Origin: Rhodospirillaceae bacterium
GTDB taxonomy: Bacteria > Pseudomonadota > Alphaproteobacteria > UBA6615
Direction of reading: 5' to 3'
NCBI GenBank assembly: GCA_038132575.1
Contig: JAYPRP010000001.1
Coordinates: 78,747-142,746 of the forward strand
Length of the DNA stretch: 64,000 nucleotides
The position numbers were made by a program, and so were the translations under genes. Of this stretch, positions 55,587 through 64,000 are shown one piece after another; within the stretch, counting starts at the first letter, position 1, and the number at the start of each line of letters is the position of its first letter. The notes under the pieces are model-generated. The model was not told where the DNA came from and did no database searches. It saw only the letters and a program-made list of their open reading frames with translations.

Positions 55587-56300
55587 TTACGACGCGGCGG
55601 CGTGGATGAAGGCGCGAAAGATCGCGTCGTCGCCGGCGGAGACCTTATATTCCGGGTGCCACTGGACTCCCAGGGCGAAGCGGCGGTCGGTCGCCTCGAT
55701 CCCCTCGATCACCCCGTCCGGCGCGACCGCGTTGACGACGATCCGGTCCGAGGCGTCGTTTGCGGCCTGGTGATGGGCGCTGTTCACGTCGAGAGAATCG
55801 GTTTCCACGATCCGGTGGAGCAGCGTGCCGGACTTGATCGAGACGCTGTGGCCGGGCTCGTCGCGCGGGTTGGGTTGTTCGTGCGCCAGCGCCTCGTCGA
55901 TTTCGTCCGGGATGTGCTGCATGAGGGTTCCGCCCAGCGCCACGTGGAGCAGCTGCTGGCCGCCGCAGATGCCGAGCAGCGGCATGTCGCGCTCGAGCGC
56001 GCCGCGGGTGGTGGCCAGTTCGAATGCCGTACGCCGATCCTTGGTAACGACCGTGGGGTGGCGTTCGCCCGCGCCGAACAGGGACGGGTCCACGTCGAAG
56101 GCGCCGCCGGTGATGACCAGCCCGTCGATCACGTCGAGATACTCCGCGGCCCGCTCGGGCTCGTGGGGCAGCGGCAGCGGTAGGCCGCCCGCCTCCGACA
56201 CCGCGTCCGCGTAATTCTGGCGGAGCGCATACCAGGGCAGGTTCGAGTAGCTGCCGGGATCCTCGGAATCGAGGGTTATGCCGATGACGGGCCTGGACAT
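55587..56300 (-). CDS. Class I glutamine amidotransferase-like hydrolase, peptidase C26 (gamma-glutamyl-GABA hydrolase family)
   Basis: ORF 55587..56300. Nucleophile elbow GICGGQQLL and VQWHPE. Confidence 0.8.
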   Translation of the reverse strand: MSRPVIGITLDSEDPGSYSNLPWYALRQNYADAVSEAGGLPLPLPHEPERAAEYLDVIDGLVITGGAFDVDPSLFGAGERHPTVVTKDRRTAFELATTRGALERDMPLLGICGGQQLLHVALGGTLMQHIPDEIDEALAHEQPNPRDEPGHSVSIKSGTLLHRIVETDSLDVNSAHHQAANDASDRIVVNAVAPDGVIEGIEATDRRFALGVQWHPEYKVSAGDDAIFRAFIHAAAS

Positions 56301-56366
56301 GGCGGCACTCTACGCGGCGCGGGCGCGCCGTTGCAATTTCGGTTCGGCCCGGGCACCGTCCGGCCC

Positions 56367-56819
56367 ATGAGTGGTGCAAACCATATGGACGCGGCCCTCG
56401 CGGCCGCGCGCGCGGCGGCTGACGCCGGCGACGTGCCCGTGGGCGCGGTGATCGTCGAGCGGGCCACGTCGCGGGTCCTGGCGGTGGCGGGAAACCGGGT
56501 CGAACAGGATACGGATCCCACCGCGCACGCGGAAACACTTGCGATCCGGGCGGCCGCCCACGCGCGTGGCGAAGCGCGGCTGACCGACTGCGATCTCTAT
56601 GTCACCCTCGAACCTTGTGCCATGTGCGCCCAGGCGATCGCCTTTGCGCGGATCGGGCGGCTCTACTTCGGGGCGTATGATCCGAAGGGCGGGGGCGTCG
56701 AGCACGGCGCGCGGGTCTTCGACCAGCCGACCTGCAACCATGTGCCGGAGATCGTCGGTGGCCTTCACGAGGGCGAATGCGCCGGGATACTTCGGGCGTT
56801 CTTCGCCGCGCGGCGCTAG
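56367..56819 (+). CDS. tadA: tRNA adenosine(34) deaminase
   Basis: ORF 56331..56819. ATG 56367 or 56385. HAE and PCAMC zinc motifs. Confidence 0.85.
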   Translation: MSGANHMDAALAAARAAADAGDVPVGAVIVERATSRVLAVAGNRVEQDTDPTAHAETLAIRAAAHARGEARLTDCDLYVTLEPCAMCAQAIAFARIGRLYFGAYDPKGGGVEHGARVFDQPTCNHVPEIVGGLHEGECAGILRAFFAARR

Positions 56820-56823
56820 GGCC

Positions 56824-58104
56824 TCAGCCTTCGGCCTCGCGCGCGACCGCGCGCCAGCCGATGTCCCGGCGGCAGAAGCCGTCCGGCCAGTCGATAGCGT
56901 CAACGGCGGCATAGGCGTTTGCCTGGGCATCCGTAATGTTCGCGCCGCGCGCGGTTACGTTCAGCACGCGACCGCCGGTTGCGAGGATCTGCGCATCCTC
57001 GGCGGCGGTTCCGGCGTGGAACACCGTTGCGCCCGTTGCGGCCGCGTCGTCGAGTCCGCGAATTTCCGTGCCCTTCTCGTAGGCGCCGGGATAGCCGTTC
57101 GCGGCCAGGACCACGGTGAGCGCCGCCTCGTCGGACCAGCGTAGATCGAAGGTATCGAGGGTGCCGTCGCAGGCCGCGACCAGCGCCGGGACGATGTCCG
57201 AGCGCAGGCGCATCATCAGCACCTGGCATTCCGGGTCGCCGAACCGGACATTGTATTCGAGCAGCTTCGGTTTCCCGCCGTCGAGCATCAGCCCGGCATA
57301 GAGCACGCCGCGATAGGGATGCCCGTCGGCCGCCATGCCGCGCACCGTCGGCAGGATGATGGTCTCCATCACCTCCGCCTCGAGCGCCTCGGTCAGGGAC
57401 GGCGCGGGTGAATAGGCGCCCATGCCACCGGTATTGGGGCCGGTGTCGCCGTCGCCGACGGCCTTGTGGTCCTGGGCGCCGGCGAGCGGCAGCGCGCTCT
57501 CGCCATCGACCAGCGCGAAGAAGGAAAGCTCCTCGCCGGGCAGGAACTCCTCGATGACAAGCTCCGCTCCGGCCGCGCCGAACGCCTTGTCGTTCATCGC
57601 CTGGTCGACCGCTGCGAGCGCCTCATCGACGCTCTGTGCGACCGTCACCCCCTTGCCGGCCGCCAGGCCGTCCGCCTTGACCACGATCGGAGCGCCCTGT
57701 TCGCGGATATAGGCCTTCGCCGCGTCGGCGTCGGTGAACCGGCCATAGGCGGCCGTCGGGATGCCGTGGCGTGCGCAGAGATCCTTCATGAAGCCCTTGG
57801 AACCCTCGAGCATCGCCGCGTCGGCGCGCGGGCCGAAGGCCCTGATCCCCGCCGCATCGAGCCGGTCCACGAGCCCGAGCACCAGCGGTGCCTCGGGGCC
57901 GACCACGACCAGGTCGATCGCTTGGTCCGTCGCGAAGACGACGAGGCCGTCGACATCATCGGCGGCGATGTCCACGCATTCGGCGTCCTGGGCGATACCC
58001 GCGTTGCCGGGTGCGCAGTAGAGCGCGTCGCAGAGCGGGGAGGCGGCGATGGCCCAGCACAGCGCGTGTTCGCGCCCGCCTCCGCCGACAACGAGAATTC
58101 GCAT
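56824..58104 (-). CDS. purD: Phosphoribosylamine--glycine ligase
   Basis: ORF 56824..58104. [36 protein letters not shown]. Confidence 0.95.
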   Translation of the reverse strand: MRILVVGGGGREHALCWAIAASPLCDALYCAPGNAGIAQDAECVDIAADDVDGLVVFATDQAIDLVVVGPEAPLVLGLVDRLDAAGIRAFGPRADAAMLEGSKGFMKDLCARHGIPTAAYGRFTDADAAKAYIREQGAPIVVKADGLAAGKGVTVAQSVDEALAAVDQAMNDKAFGAAGAELVIEEFLPGEELSFFALVDGESALPLAGAQDHKAVGDGDTGPNTGGMGAYSPAPSLTEALEAEVMETIILPTVRGMAADGHPYRGVLYAGLMLDGGKPKLLEYNVRFGDPECQVLMMRLRSDIVPALVAACDGTLDTFDLRWSDEAALTVVLAANGYPGAYEKGTEIRGLDDAAATGATVFHAGTAAEDAQILATGGRVLNVTARGANITDAQANAYAAVDAIDWPDGFCRRDIGWRAVAREAEG

Positions 58105-58168
58105 CGGTTGGATCCTTCCCTGGGTCCTTCGTTTCGAGGTCCGCAGTTTGTATTATGGGGGCGATTCG

Positions 58169-59716
58169 ATGAACCTGACGCCCCCCGATACCCCGGACCT
58201 TCTGGACACGGCCCCCGGCGACAACCGGCCGCCCGTGGTCTCTGTCGCGGAACTGTCCGGCGCGGTCAAGCGCACGGTCGAAGACAACTTCGCCTATGTG
58301 CGGGTGCGCGGGGAAGTCTCCGGGTTCAAGCGCGCGGCCTCGGGCCATCTCTACATGACCCTGAAAGACGCCGACGCGACGATGGACGCGGTGTGCTGGC
58401 GCGGGTCGGCGGGCCGGCTCGAGGTCCAGCCCGAGGACGGGCTCGAGGTCATCGCGACCGGGCGCATCACCACCTACGCCGCGCGGTCCAAGTACCAGCT
58501 CGTGATCGAACGGCTCGAAGTCGCCGGCGAAGGTGCGCTTCTCAAGATGATCGAGGAGCGGCGCAAGCGCCTCGCGGGCGAGGGGCTGTTCGACACCGAA
58601 CGCAAGGCCGACATCCCGTTCCTGCCCGAGGTGATCGGCGTCGTGACGTCGCCGACGGGTGCCGTCATCCGCGATATCCTGCACCGGCTGGCGGACCGGT
58701 TCCCGCGCCACGTCCTGGTCTGGCCGGTCCTCGTCCAGGGCGATGCGGCCGCGGCGCAGATTGCAGCGGCGATCGAGGGCTTCAACCGGATCGCGCCCGG
58801 CGGTGATGTACCGCGCCCGGACCTTCTTATCGTGGCGCGCGGTGGCGGGTCGCTCGAGGACCTGATGGCCTTCAACGAGGAGAATGTCGTCCGCGCGGCG
58901 GCGGCGAGCGACATTCCGCTGATCTCGGCGGTGGGGCACGAGACCGACACGACCCTGATCGACTTCGCGTCGGATCGGCGTGCGCCGACCCCGACGGCGG
59001 CGGCGGAGATGGCGGTGCCGGTGCGCAGCGACCTGATCGCCCAGGTCGGGGAAGACGGCGCCCGGCTGACTGGCGCCATGAACCGGCTGGTCCAGGCGCG
59101 CGGACAGCAGGTGACGGCGCTGGGCCGCGGCCTTCCCGCACCCCGCCGCATCCTCGAAGGCGCGATGCAGCGGGTCGACGACTGGGCCGAGCGCTTGCGC
59201 CCGGCGCTGGCGCGGGTCGTCGCCGCCAAGGGCGAGGCGGTCACCCAGCAGGGCCGGCAGCTCGTCCGTCCCGAGCAGTATGTGGCGGCGAAGCAGCGAG
59301 ATCTCGCGGCCGTGCTGGGGCGTCTGGCCGCGGCCAAATCCGCGGGCGATGCGAAGCTCGCGCGAGACTTGCGGGACGCGCAGTCGCTTGGCCAGAGACT
59401 GAAGCAGGCGGCCGACAGACGGTTGAAGAATGTTGATAACCGTCTCGTCGCACTCGACAAGCTCCTGGAGAGCTATTCCTATAAGGGCGTGCTGGAGCGC
59501 GGCTTCGTGCTGGTGCGCGACGGGGCCGGCGCGCCGGTGCTGGCGGCCGATGCGCTCGCGCCGGGCGACGAGATTTCGCTCAGTTTCCGCGACGACGGGA
59601 TCGTCGGCGCGACCGTCGATCATGTGGGCGGTGACGCACCGGCAGCCAAGCCGAGAAAGCCGCGCGCCCGACGCAAGTCTGCCCCGGACGACGATCCCCA
59701 GGGATCGCTTCTGTGA
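58169..59716 (+). CDS. xseA: Exodeoxyribonuclease VII large subunit
   Basis: Tail of ORF 58049..59716 from ATG 58169. VSELS..VK..VE..F..V.V.GE.S OB-fold text, GVVTSPTGA, ARGGGSLEDL, GHETD. Confidence 0.9.
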   Translation: MNLTPPDTPDLLDTAPGDNRPPVVSVAELSGAVKRTVEDNFAYVRVRGEVSGFKRAASGHLYMTLKDADATMDAVCWRGSAGRLEVQPEDGLEVIATGRITTYAARSKYQLVIERLEVAGEGALLKMIEERRKRLAGEGLFDTERKADIPFLPEVIGVVTSPTGAVIRDILHRLADRFPRHVLVWPVLVQGDAAAAQIAAAIEGFNRIAPGGDVPRPDLLIVARGGGSLEDLMAFNEENVVRAAAASDIPLISAVGHETDTTLIDFASDRRAPTPTAAAEMAVPVRSDLIAQVGEDGARLTGAMNRLVQARGQQVTALGRGLPAPRRILEGAMQRVDDWAERLRPALARVVAAKGEAVTQQGRQLVRPEQYVAAKQRDLAAVLGRLAAAKSAGDAKLARDLRDAQSLGQRLKQAADRRLKNVDNRLVALDKLLESYSYKGVLERGFVLVRDGAGAPVLAADALAPGDEISLSFRDDGIVGATVDHVGGDAPAAKPRKPRARRKSAPDDDPQGSLL

Positions 59717-60531
59717 GAGGCTGGGCCGTGGCCGTGGCCATGCTGGCCGCGACGTGCGGGACGGCCTCGGCCCTCGACCTGCCGGAAACCCTCTCGCAAG
59801 GCGCGCTCGTGATCGCGACCGCGAAACCGGGTGCCGCCGTCAGCCTCGACGGCAAGCCGCTTCGGGTCCAGGAGTCCACCGGACGATTTGTTTTCGGGAT
59901 CGGCCGGGACCGCACCGAGCCCGTGACGCTCGCGATCGAGTATGCGGACGGCTTGCGGGAGACGCTGCGCTTGCCGGTCACGGGCCGTGACTACGATATC
60001 GAGCGGATCGACGGGCTGCCCCGCCGCAAGGTGACGCCGAACGCGGACGACCTCGCGCGCATCCGGCGGGAGGGGCGGCTGATCTCGGCCGCGCGCGCCC
60101 GCGACAGCGCCGGGGAGGATTTCGAGGCCGGCTTCGCCTGGCCGGTCACGGGCCGCATCAGCGGACGCTACGGCAACCAGCGTATCCTCAACGGCGAACC
60201 GCGCCGCCCCCATCTGGGCGTCGATATCGCGGCCCCGGCCGGAACCCCGGTCGTGGCGTCGGCGCCGGGTGAGGTAAGCCTTGCCGAGCCGGACCTGTTC
60301 TTCACCGGCGGCACCGTCGTTCTCGACCATGGCCACGGGGTCACCTCGATCTATTCCCATCTTGCTTCGGTGGATGTGGCGGACGGTCAGCGGGTCGCCG
60401 CGGGCGAGCCCATCGGCACCGTCGGCTCGACCGGGCGTTCGACGGGCCCGCACCTGGACTGGCGCATCAACTGGTTCGACGAGCGCCTCGACCCGGAATT
60501 GATCGCGGGGCCGATGCCGGCGGCGCGTTAG
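59713..60531 (+). CDS. M23 family metallopeptidase with signal peptide
   Basis: ORF 59713..60531 (GTG overlaps the xseA stop). HLGVDIAAPAGTPV and GPHLDW motifs. Confidence 0.8.
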   Translation: MRGWAVAVAMLAATCGTASALDLPETLSQGALVIATAKPGAAVSLDGKPLRVQESTGRFVFGIGRDRTEPVTLAIEYADGLRETLRLPVTGRDYDIERIDGLPRRKVTPNADDLARIRREGRLISAARARDSAGEDFEAGFAWPVTGRISGRYGNQRILNGEPRRPHLGVDIAAPAGTPVVASAPGEVSLAEPDLFFTGGTVVLDHGHGVTSIYSHLASVDVADGQRVAAGEPIGTVGSTGRSTGPHLDWRINWFDERLDPELIAGPMPAAR

Positions 60532-61505
60532 GAGGCGGCAGCTTCGATCTTTTCGGCAAGAAACCTGTCGAACGCCGCGGGGTCGTCCCACGTGAACCGG
60601 ACTGCGAGGACGTCCACCTTCTCCCGGACTCCCGGGGGTAGGCGCACAGCATCCTTCTCGGTGGTCACGAGTGCCGCATCGCGCGCGTCGGCATCCGCGA
60701 CGAGCCGGGCCACCTCGGCGTCCGAGAACGGATGATGGTCGGCGAATGCGTGCGTGGCGGCGACCTCGCAGCCGAGTTCCGCCAGGGTCGCGAAGAACTT
60801 GGCGGGTCGCCCGATCCCGGCAAAGGCAACGACCCGCCGCCCGGACCAGGTGCCTGGCATGTCGACGGGCCGGATGGTCCCGGTGAGCACAGGCAACGTG
60901 TCGGGGAGTTGGGCCGCGACGCCGGCGCGGTCGGTACCGACGATGACGGCGGCGTCCGCGCGTGCCAGGCCCCGGGAAATCGGCTCGCGCAGGGGTCCCG
61001 CGGGCAGGAGATGCCCGTTGCCGAAGCCGGTCTCGCCGTCGATCACGACGATCGAGATGTCCTTGGTGAGCGCGGGGTTCTGGTGGCCGTCGTCCATCAC
61101 GATGCAGGTCGCACCGCCGAGGATCGCCGCGCGCGCGCCTTCGGCCCGGTCGCGCGCGACCCAGGTGGGTGCGGCTCGCGCGAGAAGCAGCGCTTCGTCG
61201 CCGACATCCGCGTGACTGTGCGCGCCGGGATCGACGCGCACCGGCCCCGCCATCCGGCCGCCATAGCCGCGCGTGAGGAATGCCGGTGTGCCGGTTTTCA
61301 GCGCGCCGGTGACCGCGAGGGCGACCGGGGTCTTGCCGGCCCCGCCGGCGGTGAGGTTTCCGACGCAAATGACGGGCACCGCGACCCGCGCCGGGCGGGC
61401 GAGGGCGGTGCGCACCGCGCCGGCGCAACCATAGAGGCAACCGAGCGGGCTCAGGATCGTGCCGAGCGGCGCACCGGGGCGACTCCAGAACGCGGGCGCC
61501 TTCAT
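60528..61505 (-). CDS. lpxK: Tetraacyldisaccharide 4'-kinase
   Basis: 3' third of ORF 60528..62858 from ATG 61505 (ATGA overlap with the waaA stop). P-loop GNLTAGGAGKTP and MDDGHQN. Confidence 0.85.
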   Translation of the reverse strand: MKAPAFWSRPGAPLGTILSPLGCLYGCAGAVRTALARPARVAVPVICVGNLTAGGAGKTPVALAVTGALKTGTPAFLTRGYGGRMAGPVRVDPGAHSHADVGDEALLLARAAPTWVARDRAEGARAAILGGATCIVMDDGHQNPALTKDISIVVIDGETGFGNGHLLPAGPLREPISRGLARADAAVIVGTDRAGVAAQLPDTLPVLTGTIRPVDMPGTWSGRRVVAFAGIGRPAKFFATLAELGCEVAATHAFADHHPFSDAEVARLVADADARDAALVTTEKDAVRLPPGVREKVDVLAVRFTWDDPAAFDRFLAEKIEAAAS

Positions 61506-62824
61506 GCCGTGCTCGCCAGCGCGTCGGCGATCATCGGCTGCAGGCGGCGCATCACCAGATCGACCACCTCCTGCTTGCGCCCAGCCGCGCTGTCTGCCGC
61601 GGCGGCCATGGCCCCGGCGCGCGCCGGTTCGGCCAGAAGGCCGCCGACCGTCTCCTGCAACGCGGATGCGTCGGCGACCTGGATGGCGGCGCCGGCCGCC
61701 TCGAGTTCGTTCGCGACGGAGCGGAAGTTGTCGACATGTGGTCCATAGACGACGGCGCAACGCAGCTGGGCTGCCTCGAGCATGTTCTGCCCGCCGTGGG
61801 GGATGAGCGATCCGCCGATAAAGGCGATGGGTGCGACCCGGTAGAGCTTGCCGAGGAGGCCCGTACCATCGACCAGATAGATATCCGTGTCTGCGGTGAT
61901 CGGCTCGTCGCGCGACCATCGGGCGACTGTCAGGCCGGCCCGTGTCAGGGATTGGGCGATGTCGTCGCCGCGTTGGGGGTGGCGCGGGGCGAGCAGGGTA
62001 AGCAGCCCTGGATGGGCGTCGGCGAGCCCGCGATGGACGCTGCCGACCATGTCCTCCTCGCCGCGATGGGTGCTGGCCGCGACCCAGACCGGCCGCTCGC
62101 CGATGGCCTCCTGCAGCCTGATCAGCGCGCCGGCAGTCGCCGGCAACGGCGCGGCCGCGAGCTTCAGGTTGCCGGTGACCGATACGTTGCGCGCGCCCAG
62201 TGCCTCCAGCCGTCCGGCGATCTCGGCATCCTGGGCGAGGATCGTCCCGAAGCAGGACAGGAGCTCGCGCGCGAAATTCGGTGCGCGGCCCCAGCTCTTT
62301 CGCGAACCCTCGGACATGCGCGCGTTGACCAATGCCAGCGGCACGCCGGCGCGGCGGGATTCGAACAGCAGGTTCGGCCAGAGCTCGGACTCGACCCACA
62401 GGGCCGCGGCGGGCTGCCAGTGGTCCAGGAACCGGCGTACCCAGGCGACCCGGTCGACCGGCACGAACTGGTGAATGGCCCGGGGCGGGAGCCGGTCGCC
62501 CATCATCCGCGCCGAGGTCACGGTGCCGGTGGTCATCAGGATGTGCAGCTCGGGCGCGATCCGCAGGATGCGCTCGATGAGGACGAGAACGGACTGCGCC
62601 TCGCCGATGCTCGCGGCATGAATCCATATGATCGGGCCGGACGGGCGCTGGATCGAAGGGATGCCGCGCCGCTCGTCGATGCGCGCGGCTTCCTCCTTGC
62701 CGCGCATGAGGCGGCGCTGGAGCAGGAGTTCGATCAGCGGGAGCGCGGTCGTGGTGGCACCACGGTACAGGCCGCCGGCAAGCGTGGCGCCGGCCCGGCG
62801 CGCGGGCGGTTTGTCCCCCGTCAT
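61502..62824 (-). CDS. waaA: 3-deoxy-D-manno-octulosonic acid transferase
   Basis: ORF 61502..62824. IWIHAASIGE, and a GGSL..HGGQN..EAA C-terminal glycosyltransferase text. Confidence 0.9.
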   Translation of the reverse strand: MTGDKPPARRAGATLAGGLYRGATTTALPLIELLLQRRLMRGKEEAARIDERRGIPSIQRPSGPIIWIHAASIGEAQSVLVLIERILRIAPELHILMTTGTVTSARMMGDRLPPRAIHQFVPVDRVAWVRRFLDHWQPAAALWVESELWPNLLFESRRAGVPLALVNARMSEGSRKSWGRAPNFARELLSCFGTILAQDAEIAGRLEALGARNVSVTGNLKLAAAPLPATAGALIRLQEAIGERPVWVAASTHRGEEDMVGSVHRGLADAHPGLLTLLAPRHPQRGDDIAQSLTRAGLTVARWSRDEPITADTDIYLVDGTGLLGKLYRVAPIAFIGGSLIPHGGQNMLEAAQLRCAVVYGPHVDNFRSVANELEAAGAAIQVADASALQETVGGLLAEPARAGAMAAAADSAAGRKQEVVDLVMRRLQPMIADALASTA

Positions 62825-64000
62825 CCGTGTGCGCGTTCCGCGTCGGACGCGTCGCCATCGCCGGCGGCGGCTTCCTGGGGCCCCGGCTCGCGGAACTGGA
62901 GCCGGCTGAGCCGCGCGTAAAGGCCGTCCTGAGCCTGGAGCTCGCTGTGGGTTCCTGTCTCGACCAGCCGGCCCGCGTCCATCACCAGGATGCGGTCGGC
63001 GTTCATCACGGTGGCGAGGCGGTGTGCGATCACCAGGGTCGTGCGGTCCGCAGTCAGGCGATCCAGCGCGATCTGCACCTGGCGTTCGGATTCCGCGTCG
63101 AGCGCGCTCGTCGCCTCGTCGAGGAGCAGGATCGGTGCGTCCTTGAGCATGGCCCGCGCAATTGCGATCCGCTGGCGTTCGCCGCCGGACAGGGACGAGC
63201 CGCGATCTCCGACCAGCGTGTCATAACCGTCGGGCAGGGCGGAAACGAAGTCGTGGGCCGCGGCGTCGCGGGCAGCCGTGACGACCTCCGCATCGGTGGC
63301 ATCGGGCCGGCCGAAGCGGATGTTTGCGGCGACCGTATCGTTGAACAGGGTGATGTCCTGGCTGACGAGCGCGACGGCGTCGCGCAGGCTCGCCATGGTG
63401 AGCGCGCGGACATCCTGGCCGTCGATTGCGACCGTCCCGGCGTTGACGTCGTGGAAACGGAGCAGGAGGTTCATGACCGTCGATTTGCCGGCGCCGCTGG
63501 GGCCGACGAGAGCGACCGTCTGGCCCGGCGCCACCTCGAGGCTGACGTCGTTGAGGGCGGGTTTGTCCGCCGTGTAGGCGAAGGTTACATGGTCGAAGCT
63601 GACACGGCCGCCGTCGAGGACCAGATCGCGCGCATCTTCGGCATCGACGATCTGCGCCGGCGTGTCGAGCAGATCGAAGCTGCGCTGGACCGCCGCCAGG
63701 CCTTCCTGGAGCGCGGCGTTCAGGTTGCCGAGGCTGCGGATTGGCTGGTAGGCGAGGATGACCGCGGCAAGGAAGCCGACGAACTCGCCGAGCGTGCCGG
63801 TGCCCGACAGGATGCGCCAGCCGCCATAGGCGAGCACGGCCGCCACCGAGGCGCCGCCGATGGTCTCGAGGAACGGGTAGGTGCGCGCGCGGCCCTTCAC
63901 CGTTTTCATGACCAGGTAGTAGATGCGGTCGAACAGGTCGTTCGCGCGCACCCGCTCGTAGTCTTCCATCCGGTAGGACTTGATCAGGCGGATGCCGGAG
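62821..64000 (-). CDS. msbA: ABC exporter (fused TMD-NBD), lipid A/MsbA-like; N-terminus beyond window end
   Basis: ORF 62821..63969 remains open to the window edge. Walker A GPSGAGKST, signature LSGGERQR, Walker B ILLLDEATSALD. Position directly upstream of waaA-lpxK. Confidence 0.8.
   Translation of the reverse strand, partial: SGIRLIKSYRMEDYERVRANDLFDRIYYLVMKTVKGRARTYPFLETIGGASVAAVLAYGGWRILSGTGTLGEFVGFLAAVILAYQPIRSLGNLNAALQEGLAAVQRSFDLLDTPAQIVDAEDARDLVLDGGRVSFDHVTFAYTADKPALNDVSLEVAPGQTVALVGPSGAGKSTVMNLLLRFHDVNAGTVAIDGQDVRALTMASLRDAVALVSQDITLFNDTVAANIRFGRPDATDAEVVTAARDAAAHDFVSALPDGYDTLVGDRGSSLSGGERQRIAIARAMLKDAPILLLDEATSALDAESERQVQIALDRLTADRTTLVIAHRLATVMNADRILVMDAGRLVETGTHSELQAQDGLYARLSRLQFREPGPQEAAAGDGDASDAERAHG

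Noticed and set aside
60528-62858. A 776-aa ORF that would fuse lpxK to a long N-terminal extension across waaA.
   Set aside because: Only the last 325 codons (from ATG 61505, an ATGA overlap with the waaA stop) read as LpxK. The extension is out of frame with the clearly genuine waaA and is low-complexity.
1-64000. CRISPR arrays, rRNA genes, prophage, toxin-antitoxin pairs or known defence-system genes.
   Set aside because: I scanned the ORF translations and the intergenic regions. I found no repeat-spacer arrays, no rRNA-like sequence, and no nuclease/helicase/reverse transcriptase/ATPase combinations typical of defence systems. I also found no small paired ORFs with TA-like features.

Overview
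This is a high-GC chromosomal segment. Gene content and order (ribF-ileS-lspA, msbA-waaA-lpxK, argD-argF-hslO) look alphaproteobacterial. I can support about 65 protein-coding genes, one tRNA-Gly(CCC), a few hairpin terminators and some small repeats. I see no rRNA, CRISPR array, transposase, integrase, phage or recognisable defence genes. I also see no intact transcription-factor gene anywhere in the window. The flanks (about 1-11 kb and 37-64 kb) are core housekeeping: MscS, recX, argD/argF/hslO, trkH, folE, apaG, pyrD, ribF, ileS, lspA, an M16 peptidase pair, pgi, mutL, rsmD, tadA, purD, xseA, lpxK, waaA and msbA. The middle (about 11-37 kb, starting just after the tRNA) is a mosaic of accessory small-molecule metabolism genes. 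These include a flavin monooxygenase, a cupin, DMT transporters, an Ldh_2 dehydrogenase, amidases, a CitE-like lyase, a UPF0261 protein, a flavoprotein, an M24 hydrolase, a PEP-utilising-type phosphotransferase, dehydrogenases, egtB/egtD and an HMGL-like enzyme. Three genes are visibly decayed: a USP remnant fused to a Crp/Fnr tail, a small conserved gene with two frameshifts, and a Sel1-repeat gene split by a stop. All five premature stops are TAG. The best candidate for something undescribed is the 17.9-27 kb enzyme cluster. It contains a stand-alone ATP-grasp plus swivel-His phosphotransferase with an unusual His/Asp/Glu-rich insertion, next to an M24 hydrolase with a non-canonical metal site and an AT-rich control island. 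This is a modest candidate metabolic system, not a defence or mobile system, and all functional calls are by-eye motif recognition without database searches.
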